Origin: Octopus sinensis
Taxonomy: Eukaryota
DNA length: 64,000 bases
NCBI RefSeq assembly: GCF_006345805.1
Contig: NC_043005.1
Span: forward strand, 70,494,001-70,558,000
Direction: 5' to 3'
In this document: one piece after another, positions 10,696 to 22,627 of the stretch
Layout of the letters: the number at the start of each line of letters is the position of its first letter
How positions within the stretch are numbered: the stretch's first letter is position 1
The notes under the pieces: generated by a model
The model's database searches: none
Seen by the model: the letters and a program-made list of their open reading frames with translations, nothing else
Told to the model about the DNA's origin: nothing
Made by a program: the position numbers and the translations under genes

Positions 10696-13600
10696 CTATC
10701 TCGCATTTGTGAGGGATCTTTTACTCTCCACATTTTTCCATCTTTCATCAAACACTTTCTTACTCAGGCTCCTTCTCTCCAGTTCTATATGTCTTTTCAG
10801 GTGGAATTTAAAATATTCCACCAGACCTGAACCAGAGATGAAGTCGCCTGTTATCATCCCTTTCATCCTTGTCTTCCATACTACCTGTTTCGCAGTTGAA
10901 ACCACGGCGAGAAAACAAAACTTACCTTCTTTCGTTAAGAAATCAGGTGGGCTGATTTTTACAATAGATTCGGCTGATAGCTGTACTCTTCGTTCACCTG
11001 ACATTAGTTGTTCGGCACAAGCCCACATGTCTTTCACCCCCGAACACTGCACGATCGCGTGCGAGACGGTTTCCCCTTCTCGCCCACATCTCGTACAGGT
11101 CGGGCTGACTTGGCAACCGTGATTTGCAAGCTTGTCCCGAACAGGTAAGGCTCCACGGTAGCACTGCCAAGCCAAAGACTTCTGGAAATTATCCAGTGTC
11201 TTCGGCCCGAATGTACGTTGGAACAGACTGGCCAGCTGATTATCGTCGAAACCTAGGGTTTCCCATAGCGTATCATCGTTACCGGCCTCTACAAACCCTC
11301 TATAAAACACAGCGGTAGAACCACTGCCGCAGGCATTACCCGAGCGACGGAATAGTCGGAGTGCCTTGCCACACTCCGTATACCACGTACCCAACTTCGA
11401 TCTGCGATTATACCAGTCCTCCCGGCCACCGAAACTGGTGAACCTGGGGAACATCTGTTTCGCCAGCGGAGACCACACCCGTTCACTACCCAGATGGAGC
11501 CACAGGTGCCTTAGCCTCAGCGCATTTCTGCGCATCATTAGCCACGGCATCCCTAGTCCACCCTGTAACGGTTTTTGACAGCAGACAGAGCGTCTCACAA
11601 GCGGTTTCGAGCCCTTCCACAAGAAGCGAAAGAGCTGTCTCTCCAACTTGTTCAACCACGAATCCGGGCAAGGCACGACGGCAAGGCGGTAGGTGATCAC
11701 CGATGCAATAAACACATTGGCTACCTCCGCCCTACCTTTCAAGGATAACCACCGCCAAGACCAAATCTCGACTATTGCAGCCACCTTGCTCGATACCTCG
11801 CTCCAGTTCTTCTCTATTTGGAGGTCCGGACCGAACCAAACCCCGAGCAACTTAATCGGGCCCTCCGTCCAACGTCCCACGACGCTGTCTGGAGGCATCG
11901 ACTTGCCTCTCCAGGTGCCGAGTTGCAAGCCGACCAACTTTTCACGATTAACTTTTGCTCCTGTCACCGTCTCGTAAACCTATATGGCTTTGCCTACTTT
12001 ACGTAGGTGGTCCACTTCAGTCACGATGATAGTGATGTCATCCGCGTACGCCGAAACCGACATATCACGTCCTGGTTGCCTCGGGATGCCGCTCAGTTTT
12101 CGCAGCAGCGGCTCCAGAGCCACTACATACAAAAGCGGGGAGAGCGGACATCCCTGGCGAACCGAGCGTTTGACCTTGAACGGCTTAGAAAGAAAGCCGT
12201 TCACCCGAACTACCGAGTCGACGTTGTCATACATTTCGATGATCCACCTGAGGAAGCCAAGACCTAGGCCGAACTGAGCCAGAACGGACACCAGGTAGTG
12301 ATGGTCGACCCTATCGAACGCTTTTGACTGGTCTAAATGGACCACTGCCCCTCCCTTGCCGGGATCGTTATTTATTCCCTCTATCGTGTATCTAATAAGA
12401 TGGAGATTATCCTGAATGGCTCTGCCCGGTACGGCGCACGTTTGCGCTTTCCCAATCAGTCCATTCGCGACACGCGCCAATCTGTTCGATAACACTTTGG
12501 CCAAAATCTTCAACTCTGCGTTAAGCAGAGTGATGGGCCTGATATTATCTATTACATCCCCCTTGCTCTGGTCCTTCCTGACTAGCGTCACCACTCCCCG
12601 GCGCACAGATCTGGGGATAAACCCATTCTGCTGCCAGTTTGCGTAGACGCCCGTCAGTAAGTCCCCGAACAAGTCCGGCATACTTTTATAAAGCTCGTAG
12701 GGTAGACCATCCAGTCCCGGCGCCTTACCCGCACCGCAGTCCGCCATGGCCTCTATTACCTCCTCAGGTGTGATCGGCTCCTCACTACACTTCGCATCCT
12801 GCCCCGAGAGGCGCGGCAGCCCGTCGAGGAGGTCCGTAAGGTCCCTCCCCCTATCCGGTCCGCCGCTCCCCCCGAATAGCTGGGCGAAGTGGTCCTGAAA
12901 AGCTTGACACATCTCCTCGGGCTCGTCTGTCAACTTACCTTGTTGGTTCGCCAGAGATCGAATTGTAGCATCGTTGCCACGTTGGGCTTCCACCACTCGG
13001 GCCCATCCCGCAGCCTTGATTCCTTCGCTCCCCTTCGTACGTTGTCTAGCCCTGACAATGCAACCCATGTGTTTGGCTTCGAGGTGCTGGTTAAGAACCA
13101 GTCTCTTGACCTTCACCTGGTCTGCATTGCCAGTTCGCAATGCTTCCTCTAAGTCCTTAACTAGTGTAGTTACCTTTCTAGCCTCTCTAGCTACAAGATT
13201 AGTACTATATCTAACGGACTCATATTTTATGGCTCGCTTAAGGGCATACCACCATTTGTTGTTACAAATGGAGCCGGTCATGGCCCTCTGGATTATTAAC
13301 CTAATCCTGTCCCTGTACTCCTTAATCGCCAAAAGGGACGTATTAAGTTTCCAGTAACCAGGACCTCTAGTTATCTTATCTACGTCTAGCCTACAGGTGA
13401 CCATCTTGTGGTCACTGTAGCTGACTATATGGAGTTGTGGACTCTTAACTAGGTTCTTATCTACCTTCCGAATTAATATCCTGTCTATGTATGACTTTAC
13501 CGATCCGTCGCTATTTGACCACGTCCACAGTGGAGCGCCCGGATGTTCCAGTCTATATGGATCTACCAGCTCAAAACGTCTTAGTAGATCCAGGAAGCAA

Positions 13601-14088
13601 GCATTTCCTTTTCTGTCTGTTCGCGAGCCTTCACAGTCTACCCTCACATCGCAGATTGTGTTGAGGTCCCCTAACATTACTACTGGGCACGATGTACTCA
13701 GAAACTTCTCCAGGTTCCGATAATAATCACTTTTCCCCTTACCAGGGGGAGCGTAAACCGCAACCAGCCTGATTGTCTTACGGCTACTGAACGTCAACTC
13801 AATGACGACCAGCCTACCTTCCGGATCTGTAAAAATCAACTTTTTCTCAGAAACCCGGTTTTTTTTACACAGGGCCAACACCCCGCTTCCGCCGACCGAC
13901 GGGTTCGGAGAGATGACACTCTCGTAACCGTTGAACAGCGGGAGCAGATCTCTTGGCCCCTTTAACCGGGTTTCTGTGGCAACGACAACATCTAAATCCC
14001 GTTACCTGATGTCATTTAGGAAGTGCCCTTGCTTCCAGCTCTGCATCAGGCCACGCACATTCAAACACCCTACACAAATATGAGACAT
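10696..14088 (-). pseudogene. A2 ORF2, disrupted by nonsense codons
   Basis: Same motifs as A1. TAA near 14003 (shared with A1) and TAG at 11982-11980. Confidence 0.92.
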
Positions 14089-14097
14089 TACTTACCT

Positions 14098-15660
14098 TTA
14101 TTCCGTTTTTCCTTTGGTGGTCGTGGCGGGGAAGACCGCCTTCAATAAAGGCTCGTCTATTTCGTGTCTCGGACCGAATATGTCCTCAGGGTATTGCGCA
14201 TTTGCTATATTGAAGTTCATCAGGTCCATGTTGTATATCTCAACATTTTTGTTGAGTACCTTATGCGTTTTTATTTTTTTCGCTATTGGGTTATCTTTTA
14301 TTTTTTTTAAGCTATCATTCGATTTGTTTATTGCAACAAATACTGTCTTGTGTTCGAATTCTTTTTCCGGGGTTTGTGGGGGTGATGGGAAGGACCCCGG
14401 TGAGTATGATGGGGAGGAACACGAGGAGGGGTTTGAAATGGAGGGGTAATGCTCGGCACTGAGGGGTGGGGGTGGATTGGGTGGGGGCTTCTCATTTTGT
14501 GGGGAACCGTGGTTGGGTGGGGATGGTTTTCCCCCCTGAGAGTTTGATTTCTTTTTGATTGTGCCAGGGTTGGTTGGGTTTGTGTCCGCATTCTTTCTCT
14601 TCGGCGTTTTCTTTCGCCTCACCGTTGTGAAGTCGTTCACTTCTTCTTCTTCTTCCGTTTTTTTCTCTCCTTCTTCTGCTGTCTTTTTTCTTTCTTCCTC
14701 TTTCTTGCTGGTGGGGCATTCCATACGGATGTGACCTATCTCGCCACATCCGTAGCAACGTGGCTTTCGCCCCTCCACCACTACCCGCAAGTTAATTTCT
14801 TCCCCGAATTGTATTCCTTCTGGAACTTCCTCCAGTGCCTCCGGGGTCGCTTGCACCACCACGTGTAATGCTTGTCCTCTCCAGTTTTCCTTTATCACTC
14901 TTCTGATGTTTATCACAGTTATTTTCTCTTCCAGCCCCATTAACAGAGCTGGAAGCAACCACCTCACGTCGACCTGTGGCGGCACGTCCTCCACTCTGAT
15001 TTTTGAGGTTCTCCTCCCTAAATACGAGGGTAATAATATTATTTCCTCCGTCTTTATTGGTGTTAGGGAGTGTTTTTTGGCCGTTTCTTCATTTCTGAAG
15101 TGCACCTCTATTGTTGCAAACTTTCTCCACCACGTAACGTAGTCTATATCACTCCACACTGGTTTTAGGCAGTTCTCAGCTTGGTCTTTGGTTATCCTTT
15201 CAATTTTCTTTTCTTTTATTACATAGGATTTATAAATTATCGTCCTTTTCTCGGTTTCCTCTTTAATTGTTTGTGGGAGGGCAGCTATCGCGTTATTTCC
15301 CTCCTTTTTAAACATTTTTTAAAACTTTTCATACTCCACCTCCTCCATCTTTATTTCCTCTGTCTTCCTACCAGCAGCGGCAGCGAAGTTAAACATTCTG
15401 GTTTTTTCACTTGGTTTGGAACCTGCACACACATTTGCTGATTTCTCAGCTTCATTGGAAGTCAACCCTTCCGCGACTTTAGCCGTTTTCACAGCTTTCT
15501 TAACCGGCGAACCTTCATTCACTTTTGCTGTTTTCACAGCTTCATTGGAAGTCACACCTTCCGCAATTTTAGCTTCTTCAACAATTTTCACATTTTTTTG
15601 TGTAGGCAAACCTACTACATCATCATTTTTAGACATTTTTGAACAAGTATTTTTGTTCAT
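14098..15660 (-). pseudogene. A2 ORF1, one in-frame stop only
   Basis: N-terminal ORF ending at TAA 15321-15319, then AAA ATG opening a 405-aa ORF (14098-15315) with the CCHC knuckle. Confidence 0.88.
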
Positions 15661-15891
15661 TTTTTCGTGGAATGTGTGTGTGTTTTTTTTTTCGTGTGTT
15701 TCAATGTACAGCAGTTCCCCTGGGTGAGGAGGGGAAAACAAAGTTTTCCTGGTTCAAAACCAGCAACAGTTCAAACAATTTTTAACAAGACAATTTAAAC
15801 AGGTTTTAACACAAATTCAACAACAATATTTCACTGACAAAAAAACTCACGTGGTGAAAGTTCAGTTTTTGGTATCGGTAAATGAGTTGTC

Positions 15892-18800
15892 TTATTTCTT
15901 TATTACCCACTAGGGGCGACATAGAGTACACATACAATCACGAATGATGAAACAATTATGAAAATTTGGGGTCGGTAAAAATCGAAAATGAATAATAAAT
16001 CGAATGATTACACAAAGACAAAATTAACAAAATTACAAAATGCAGTGGGGCGGGTCGGCGACCCCATGCTCCCCGCCACGACACTTAGCCTTGTGGTTTC
16101 CTTTTTCCTCCTATCTCGCATTTGTGAGGGATCTTTTACTCTCCACATTTTTCCATCTTTCATCAAACACTTTCTTACTCAGGCTCCTTCTCTCCAGTTC
16201 TATATGTCTTTTCAGGTGGAATTTAAAATATTCCACCAGACCTGAACCAGAGATGAAGTCGCCTGTTATCATCCCTTTCATCCTTGTCTTCCATACTACC
16301 TGTTTCGCAGTTGAAACCACGGCGAGAAAACAAAACTTACCTTCTTTCGTTAAGAAATCAGGTGGGCTGATTTTTACAATAGATTCGGCTGATAGCTGTA
16401 CTCTTCGTTCACCTGACATTAGTTGTTCGGCACAAGCCCACATATCTTTCACCCCCGAACACTGCACGATCGCGTGCGAGACGGTTTCCCCTTCTCGCCC
16501 ACATCTCGTACAGGTCGGGCTGACTTGGCAACCGTGCCTTGCAAGCTTGTCCCGAACAGGTAAGGCTCCTCGGTAGCACTGCCAAGCCAAAGACTTCTGG
16601 AAATTATCCAGTGTCTTCGGCCCGAATGTACGTTGGAACAGACTGGCCAGCTGATTATCGTCGAAACCTAGGGTTTCCCCTAGCGTATCATCGTTACCGG
16701 CCTCTACAAACCCTCTATAAAACACAGCGGTAGAACCACTGCCGCAGGCATTACCCGAGCGACGGAATAGTCGGAGTGCCTTGCCACACTCCGTATACCA
16801 CGTACCCAACTTCGATCTGCGATTATACCAGTCCTCCCGGCCACCGAAACTGGTGAACCTGGGGAACATCTGTTTCGCCAGCGGAGACCACACCCGTTCA
16901 CTACCCAGATGGAGCCACAGGTGCCTTAGCCTCAGCGCATTTCTGCGCATCATTAGCCACGGCATCCCTAGTCCACCCTGTAACGGTTTTTGACAGCAGA
17001 CAGAGCGTCTCACAAGCGGTTTCGAGCCCTTCCACAAGAAGCGAAAGAGCTGTCTCTCCAACTTGTTCAACCACGAATCCGGGCAAGGCACGACGGCAAG
17101 TCGGTAGGTGATCACCGATGCAATAAACACATTGGCTACCTCCGCCCTACCTTTCCAGGATAACCACCGCCAAGACCAAATCTCGACTATTGCAGCCACC
17201 TTGCTCGATACCTCGCTCCAGTTCTTCTCTATTTGGAGGTCCAGACCGAACCAAACCCCGAGCAACTTAATCGGACCCTCCGTCCAACGTCCCACGACGC
17301 TGTCTGGAGGCATCGACTTGCCTCTCCAGGTGCCGAGTTGCAAGCCGACCGACTTTTCACGATTAACTTTTGCTCCTGTCACCGTCTCGTAAACCTCTAT
17401 GGCTCTGCCTACTTTACGTAGGTGGTCCACTTCAGTCACGATGATAGTGATGTCATCCGCGTACGCCGAAACCGACATATCACGTCCTGGTTGCCTCGGG
17501 ATGCCGCTCAGTTTTCGCAGCAGCGGCTCCAGAGCCACTACATACAAAAGCGGGGAGAGCGGACATCCCTGGCGAACCGAGCGTGGTCCTGAAAAGCTTG
17601 ACACATCTCCTCGGTTCGTCTGTCAACTTACCTTGTTGGTTCGCCAGAGATCGAATTGTAGCATCGTTGCCACGTTGGGCTTCCACCACTCGGGCCCATC
17701 CGCAGCCTTGATTCCTTCGCTCCCCATCGTATGTTGTCTAGCCTGATAATGCACCCATGTGTTTGGCTTCGAGGTGCTGGTTAAGAACCAGTCTCTTGAC
17801 CTTCACCTGGTCTGCATTGCCAGTTCGCATTGCTTCCTCTAAGTCCTTAACTAGTGTAGTTACCTTTCTAGCCTCTCTAGCTACAAGATTAGTACTATAT
17901 CTAACGGACTCATATTTTATGGCTCGCTTAAGGGCATACCACCATTTGTTGTTACAAATGGAGCCGGTCATGGCCCTCTGGACTATTAACCTAATCCTGT
18001 CCCTGTACTCCTTAATCGCCAAAACAGACGTATTAAGTTTCCAGTAACCAAGACCTCTAGTTATCTTATCTACGTCTAGCCTACAGGTGACCATCTTGTG
18101 GTCACTGTAGCTGACTATATGGAGTTGTGGACTCTTAACTAGGTTCTTATCTACCTTCCTAATTAATATCCTGTCTATGTATGACTTTACCGATCCGTCG
18201 CTATTTGACCACGTCCACAGTGGAGCGCCCGGATGTTCCAGTCTATATGGATCTACCAGCTCAAAACGTCTTAGTAGATCCGGGAAGCAAGTATTTCCTT
18301 TTCTGTCTGTTCGCGAGCCTTCACAGTCTACCCGCACATCGCAGATTGTGTTGAGGTCCCCTAACATTACTACTGGGCACGATGTACTCAGAAACTTCTC
18401 CAGGTTCCGATAATAATCACTTTTCCCCTTACCGGGGGGAGCGTAAACCGCAACCAGCCTGATTGTCTTACGGCTACTGAACGTCAACTCAATGACGACC
18501 AGCCTACCTTCCGGATCTGTAAAAATCAACTTTTTCTCAGAAACCCGGTTCTTTTTACACAGGGCCAACATCCCGCTTCCGCCGACCGACGGGTTCGGAG
18601 AGATGACACTCTCGTAACCGTTGAACAGCGGGAGCAGAACTCTTGGCCCCTTTAACCGGGTTTCTGTGGCAACGACAACATCTAAATCCCGTGACCTGAT
18701 GTCATTTAGGAAGCGCCCTTGCTTCCAGCTCGCCATCAGGCCACGCACATTTATGCACCCTAAACAAATGCGAGACATTACTTACCTTTATTCCGTTTTT

Positions 18801-20538
18801 CCTTTGGTGGTCGTGGCGGGGAAGACCGCCTTCAATAAAGGCTCGTCTATTTCGTGTCTCGGACCGAATATGTCCTCAGGGTATTGCGCATTTGCTATAT
18901 TGAAGTTCATCAGGTCCATGTTGTATATCTCAACATTTTTTGTTGAGTATCTTATGCGTTTTTATTTTTTTCGCTATTGGTTATCTTTTATTTTCTTTGT
19001 TAGGCTATCATTCGATTTGTTTATTGCAACAAATAATGTCTTGTGTTCGAATTCTTTTTCGGGGTTTGTGGGGGTGATGGGGAGGACCCCGGGGAGTATG
19101 ATGGGGAGGAACACGAGGAGGGGGTTGAAATGGAGGGGTAATGCTCGGCACTGAGGGGTGGGGGTGGATTGGGTGGGGGCTTCTCTTTTTGTGGGGAACC
19201 GTGGTTGGGTGGGGATGGTTTTCCCCCCTGAGAGTTTGATTTCTTTTTGATTGTGCCAGGGTTGGTTGGGTTTGTGTCCGCATTCTTTCTCTTCGGCGTT
19301 TTCTTTCGCCTCACCGTTGTGAAGTCGTTCTCTTCTTCTTCTTCTTCCGTTTTTTTCTCTGCTTCTTCTTCTGTCTTTTTTCTTTCTTCCTCTTTCTTGC
19401 TGGTGGGGCATTCCATACGGATGTGACCTATCTCGCCACATCCGTAGCAACGTGGCTTTCGCCCCTCCACCACTACCCGCAAGTTAATTTCTTCCCCGAA
19501 TTGTATTCCTTCTGGAACTTCCTCCAGTGCCTCCGGGGTCGCTTGCACCACCACATGCAATGCTTGTCCTCTCCAGTTTTCCTTTATCACTCTTCTGATG
19601 TTTATCACAGTTATTTTCTCTTCCAGCCCCATTAACTGCTGGAAGCAACCACCTCACGTCGACCTGTGGCGGCACGTCCTCCACTCTGATTTTTGAGGTT
19701 CTCCTCCCTAAATACGAGGGTAATAATATTATTTCCTCCGTCTTTATTGGTGTTAGGGAGTGTTTTTTGGCCGTTTCTTCATTTCTGAAGTGCACCTCTA
19801 TTGTTGCAAACTTTCTCCACCACGTAACGTAGTCTATATCACTCCACACTGGTTTAAGGCATTTCTCAGCTTGGTCTTTGGTTATCCTTTCAATTTCTTT
19901 TCTTTTATTACATAGGATTTATAAATTATCGTCCTTTTCTCGGTTTCCTCTTAATTGTTTGTGGGAGGGCAGCTATCGCGTTATTTCCTCCTTTTTAAAC
20001 ATTTTTTAAAACTTTTCATACTCCACCTCCTCCATCTTTATTTCCTCTGTCTTCCTACCAGCAGCGGCAGCGAAGTTAAACATTCTGGTTTTTTCACTTG
20101 GTTTGGAACCTGCACACACATTTGCTGATTTCTCAGCTTCATTGGAAGTCAACCCTTCCGCGACTTAGCCGTTTTCACAGCTTTCTTAACCGGCGAACCT
20201 TCATTCACTTTTGCTGTTTTCACAGCTTCATTGGAAGTCACACCTTCCGCAATTTTAGCTTCTTCAACAATTTTCACATTTTTGTGTAGGCAAACCTACT
20301 ACATCATCATTTTTAGACATTTTTGAACAAGTATTTTTGTTCATTTTTTCGTGGAATGTGTGTGTGTTTTTTTTTTTCGTGTGTTTCAATGTACAGCAGT
20401 TCCCCTGGGTGAGGAGGGGAAAACAAAGTTTTCCTGGTTCAAAACCAGCAACAGTTCAAACAATTTTTAACAAGACAATTCAAACAGGTTTTAACACAAA
20501 TTCAACAACAATATTTCACTGACAAAAAAACTCACGTG
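15892..20538 (-). mobile_element. Tx1-type family A, copy A3, about 720-bp deletion in RT
   Basis: Junction gagcgt|ggtcctga at 17584/17585 removes A1-equivalent 6755-7475. ORF2 N-terminus is open (17738-18778). Several 1-nt indels in ORF1. Confidence 0.95.
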
Positions 20539-20577
20539 GTGAAAGTTCAGTTTTTGGGTATCGGTAAATGAGTTGTC

Positions 20578-22435
20578 TTATTTCTTTATTACCCACTAGG
20601 GGCGACATAGAGTACACATACAATCACGAATGATGAAACAATTATGAAAATTTGGGGTCGGTTAAAAATCGAAAATGAATAATAAATCGAATGATTACAC
20701 AAAGACAAAATTAACAAAATTACAAAATGCAGTGGGGCGGGTCCGCGACCCCATGCTCCCCGCCACGACACTTAGCCTTGTGGTTTCCTTTTTCCTCCTA
20801 TCTCGCATTTGTGAGGGATCTTTTACTCCCCACATTTTTCCATCTTTCATCAAACACTTTCTTACTCAGGCTCCTTCTCTCCAGTTCTATATGTCTTTTC
20901 AGGTGGAATTTAAAATATTCCACCAGACCTGAACCAGAGATGAAGTCGCCTGTTATCATCCCTTTCATCCTTGTCTTCCATACTACCTGTTTCGCAGTTG
21001 AAACCACGGCGAGAAAACAAAACTTACCTTCTTTCGTTAAGAAATCAGGTGGGCTGATTTTTACAATAGATTCGGCTGATAGCTGTACTCTTCGTTCACC
21101 TGACATTAGTTGTTCGGCACAAGCCCACATATCTTTCACCCCCGAACACTGCACGATCGCGTGCGAGACGGTTTCCCCTTCTCGCCCACATCTCGTACAG
21201 GTCGGGCTGACTTGGCAACCGTGCCTTGCAAGCTTGTCCCGAACAGGTAAGGCTCCTCGGTAGCACTGCCAAGCCAAAGACTTCTGGAAATTATCCAGTG
21301 TCTTCGGCCCGAATGTACGTTGGAACAGACTGGCCAGCTGATTATCGTCGAAACCTAGGGTTTCCCCTAGCGTATCATCGTTACCGGCCTCTACAAACCC
21401 TCTATAAAACACAGCGGTAGAACCACTGCCGCAGGCATTACCCGAGCGACGGAATAGTCGGAGTGCCTTGCCACACTCCGTATACCACGTACCCAACTTC
21501 GATCTGCGATTATACCAGTCCACCCGGCCACCGAAACTGGTGAACCTGGGGAACATCTGTTTCGCCAGCGGAGACCACACCCGTTCACTACCCAGATGGA
21601 GCCACAGGTGCCTTAGCCTCAGCGCATTTCTGCGCATCATTAGCCACGGCATCCCTAGTCCACCCTGTAACGGTTTTTGACAGCAGACAGAGCGTCTCAC
21701 AGCGGTTTCGAGCCCTTCCACAAGAAGCGAAAGAGCTGTCTCTCCAACTTGTTCAACCACGAATCCGGGCAAGGCACGACGGCAAGTCGGTAGGTGATCA
21801 CCGATGCAATAAACACATTGGCTACCTCCGCCCTACCTTTCGAGGATAACCACCGCCAAGACCAAATCTCGACTATTGCAGCCACCTTGCTCGATACCTC
21901 GCTCCAGTTCTTCTCTATTTGGAGGTCCAGACCGAACCAAACCCCGAGCAACTTAATCGACCCTCCGTCCAACGTCCCACGACGCTGTCTGGAGGCATCG
22001 ACTTGCCTCTCCAGGTGCCGAGTTGCAAGCCGACCGACTTTTCACGATTAACTTTTGCTCCTGTCACCGTCTCGTAAACCTCTATGGCTCTGCCTACTTT
22101 ACGTAGGTGGTCCACTTCAGTCACGATGATAGTGATGTCATCCGCGTACGCCGAAACCGACATATCACGTCCTGGTTGCCTCGGGATGCCGCTCAGTTTT
22201 CGCAGCAGCGGCTCCAGAGCCACTACATACAAAAGCGGGGAGAGCGGACATCCCTGTATGTGTGTTTTTTTTTTCGTGTGTTTCAATGTACAGCAGTTCC
22301 CCTGGGTGAGGAGGGGAAAACAAAGTTTTCCTGGTTCAAAACCAGCAACAGTTCAAACAATTTTTAACAAGACAATTTAAACAGGTTTTAACACAAATTC
22401 AACAACAATATTTCACTGACAAAAAAACTCACGTG
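20578..22435 (-). mobile_element. Tx1-type family A, copy A4, about 3.5-kb internal deletion
   Basis: Keeps the 3' 1.68 kb and the 5' 180 bp. Junction catccctg|tatgtgtg at about 22256. Confidence 0.93.
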
Positions 22436-22627
22436 GTGAAAGTTCAGTTTTTGGGTATCGGTAAATGGTTTTATTATTACCCATAAGGGGCAAACAAAGA
22501 GGGGACGATACAACCTGATGTGGGGTCAGATTCTCGGATGGGGTTACAAAAAAGATGAGATTAAAAATTAAAAAATTCACAAAATTGCAAAAATTATAAA
22601 ATCGAATGAATAACAGACCGGAAGACA

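Larger units (their letters stand above)
10476..15853 (-). mobile_element. Tx1-type family A, copy A2, full length
   Basis: Near-identical to A1 along its whole length, offset by 5414 bp at the left spacer. Confidence 0.95.
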
